Shown one piece after another: positions 13,465-13,512 of a DNA stretch of 13,512 bases (its first letter is position 1; each line of letters starts with the position of its first letter). The notes below the pieces were generated by a model that saw only the letters and a program-made list of their open reading frames with translations, ran no database searches and was not told where the DNA came from. The stretch spans positions 1 to 13,512 of the forward strand of contig NZ_JAHDSX010000055.1 of assembly GCF_020969955.1 (NCBI RefSeq), in the 5' to 3' direction. A program made the position numbers and the translations under genes. This DNA comes from Allobaculum fili. Its GTDB lineage: Bacteria > Bacillota_I > Bacilli_A > Erysipelotrichales > Erysipelotrichaceae.

Positions 13465-13512
13465 ATGGAATCAATCATCCCTGCAATCGATCTCGGTATC
13501 GATTTCTCCAAA
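13465..13512 (+). CDS. Partial CDS (first 16 codons, MESIIPAIDLGIDFSK) reading rightwards out of the window; probably an IS110-family DEDD transposase.
   Basis: It is identical to the left copy. AAGGAGG lies 7 nt upstream of the ATG at 13465, and the GIDFSK motif is present. Confidence 0.4.
   Translation, partial: MESIIPAIDLGIDFSK

Larger units (their letters stand above)
13389..13512 (+). mobile_element. End fragment of the same putative IS110-family element (right copy), reading out of the window; a perfect inverted copy of 2..125.
   Basis: This is the exact reverse complement of 2..125. The inner boundary at 13388/13389 falls inside the adhesin reading frame. Confidence 0.5.

Noticed and set aside
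1-13512. The terminal inverted repeats as a site-specific inverton, or as the ends of a linear plasmid or phage.
   Set aside because: No invertase or recombinase gene lies inside, and 124+ bp of perfect identity carrying a gene start is unlike short inverton IRs. The cargo is core housekeeping (gltX, an aminopeptidase, mscL), which argues against an autonomous linear replicon. Homologous copies of an IS, or a contig-end artefact, explain the repeat better.

Overview
This 13.5-kb segment comes from a Gram-positive (Bacillota-type) chromosome, and every gene I can support lies on the minus strand. The region 126..8140 is housekeeping and membrane functions. It holds mscL, a CpXC zinc-ribbon protein, a 593-aa M24B Xaa-Pro aminopeptidase, two uncharacterised multi-pass membrane proteins with acidic Pro/Glu-rich low-complexity regions, an MscS-family channel and gltX. 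Most of these genes have recognisable rho-independent terminators. The region 8218..13388 is a sortase-dependent pilus island whose gene order matches the Streptococcus pyogenes FCT pilus region. In transcription order it encodes an adhesin with two Listeria-Bacteroides repeats and a Cna-B-like domain, a small cytoplasmic protein, a catalytically dead signal-peptidase-I homologue (SipA/LepA-like), a backbone pilin with an NVPTG signal, a class-B-type sortase and a small base pilin. The most striking feature is that the two window ends form a perfect 124-bp inverted repeat (2..125 is the reverse complement of 13389..13512). Each copy carries a 76-nt leader, an RBS held in an 8-bp hairpin, and the first 16 codons of an outward-reading gene (MESIIPAIDLGIDFSK). 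The GIDxSK motif in that peptide is typical of IS110-family DEDD transposases. The right copy abuts the adhesin ORF, which stays open up to the junction and has no start codon context or signal peptide. I read this as two inverted copies of one IS bracketing the segment, with one copy cutting the pilus operon off from its 5' end. The adhesin-to-backbone-pilin half of the island is about 10 GC points lower than the sortase, the base pilin and the housekeeping genes. No CRISPR array, tRNA or rRNA gene, or recombinase gene is visible inside the window.
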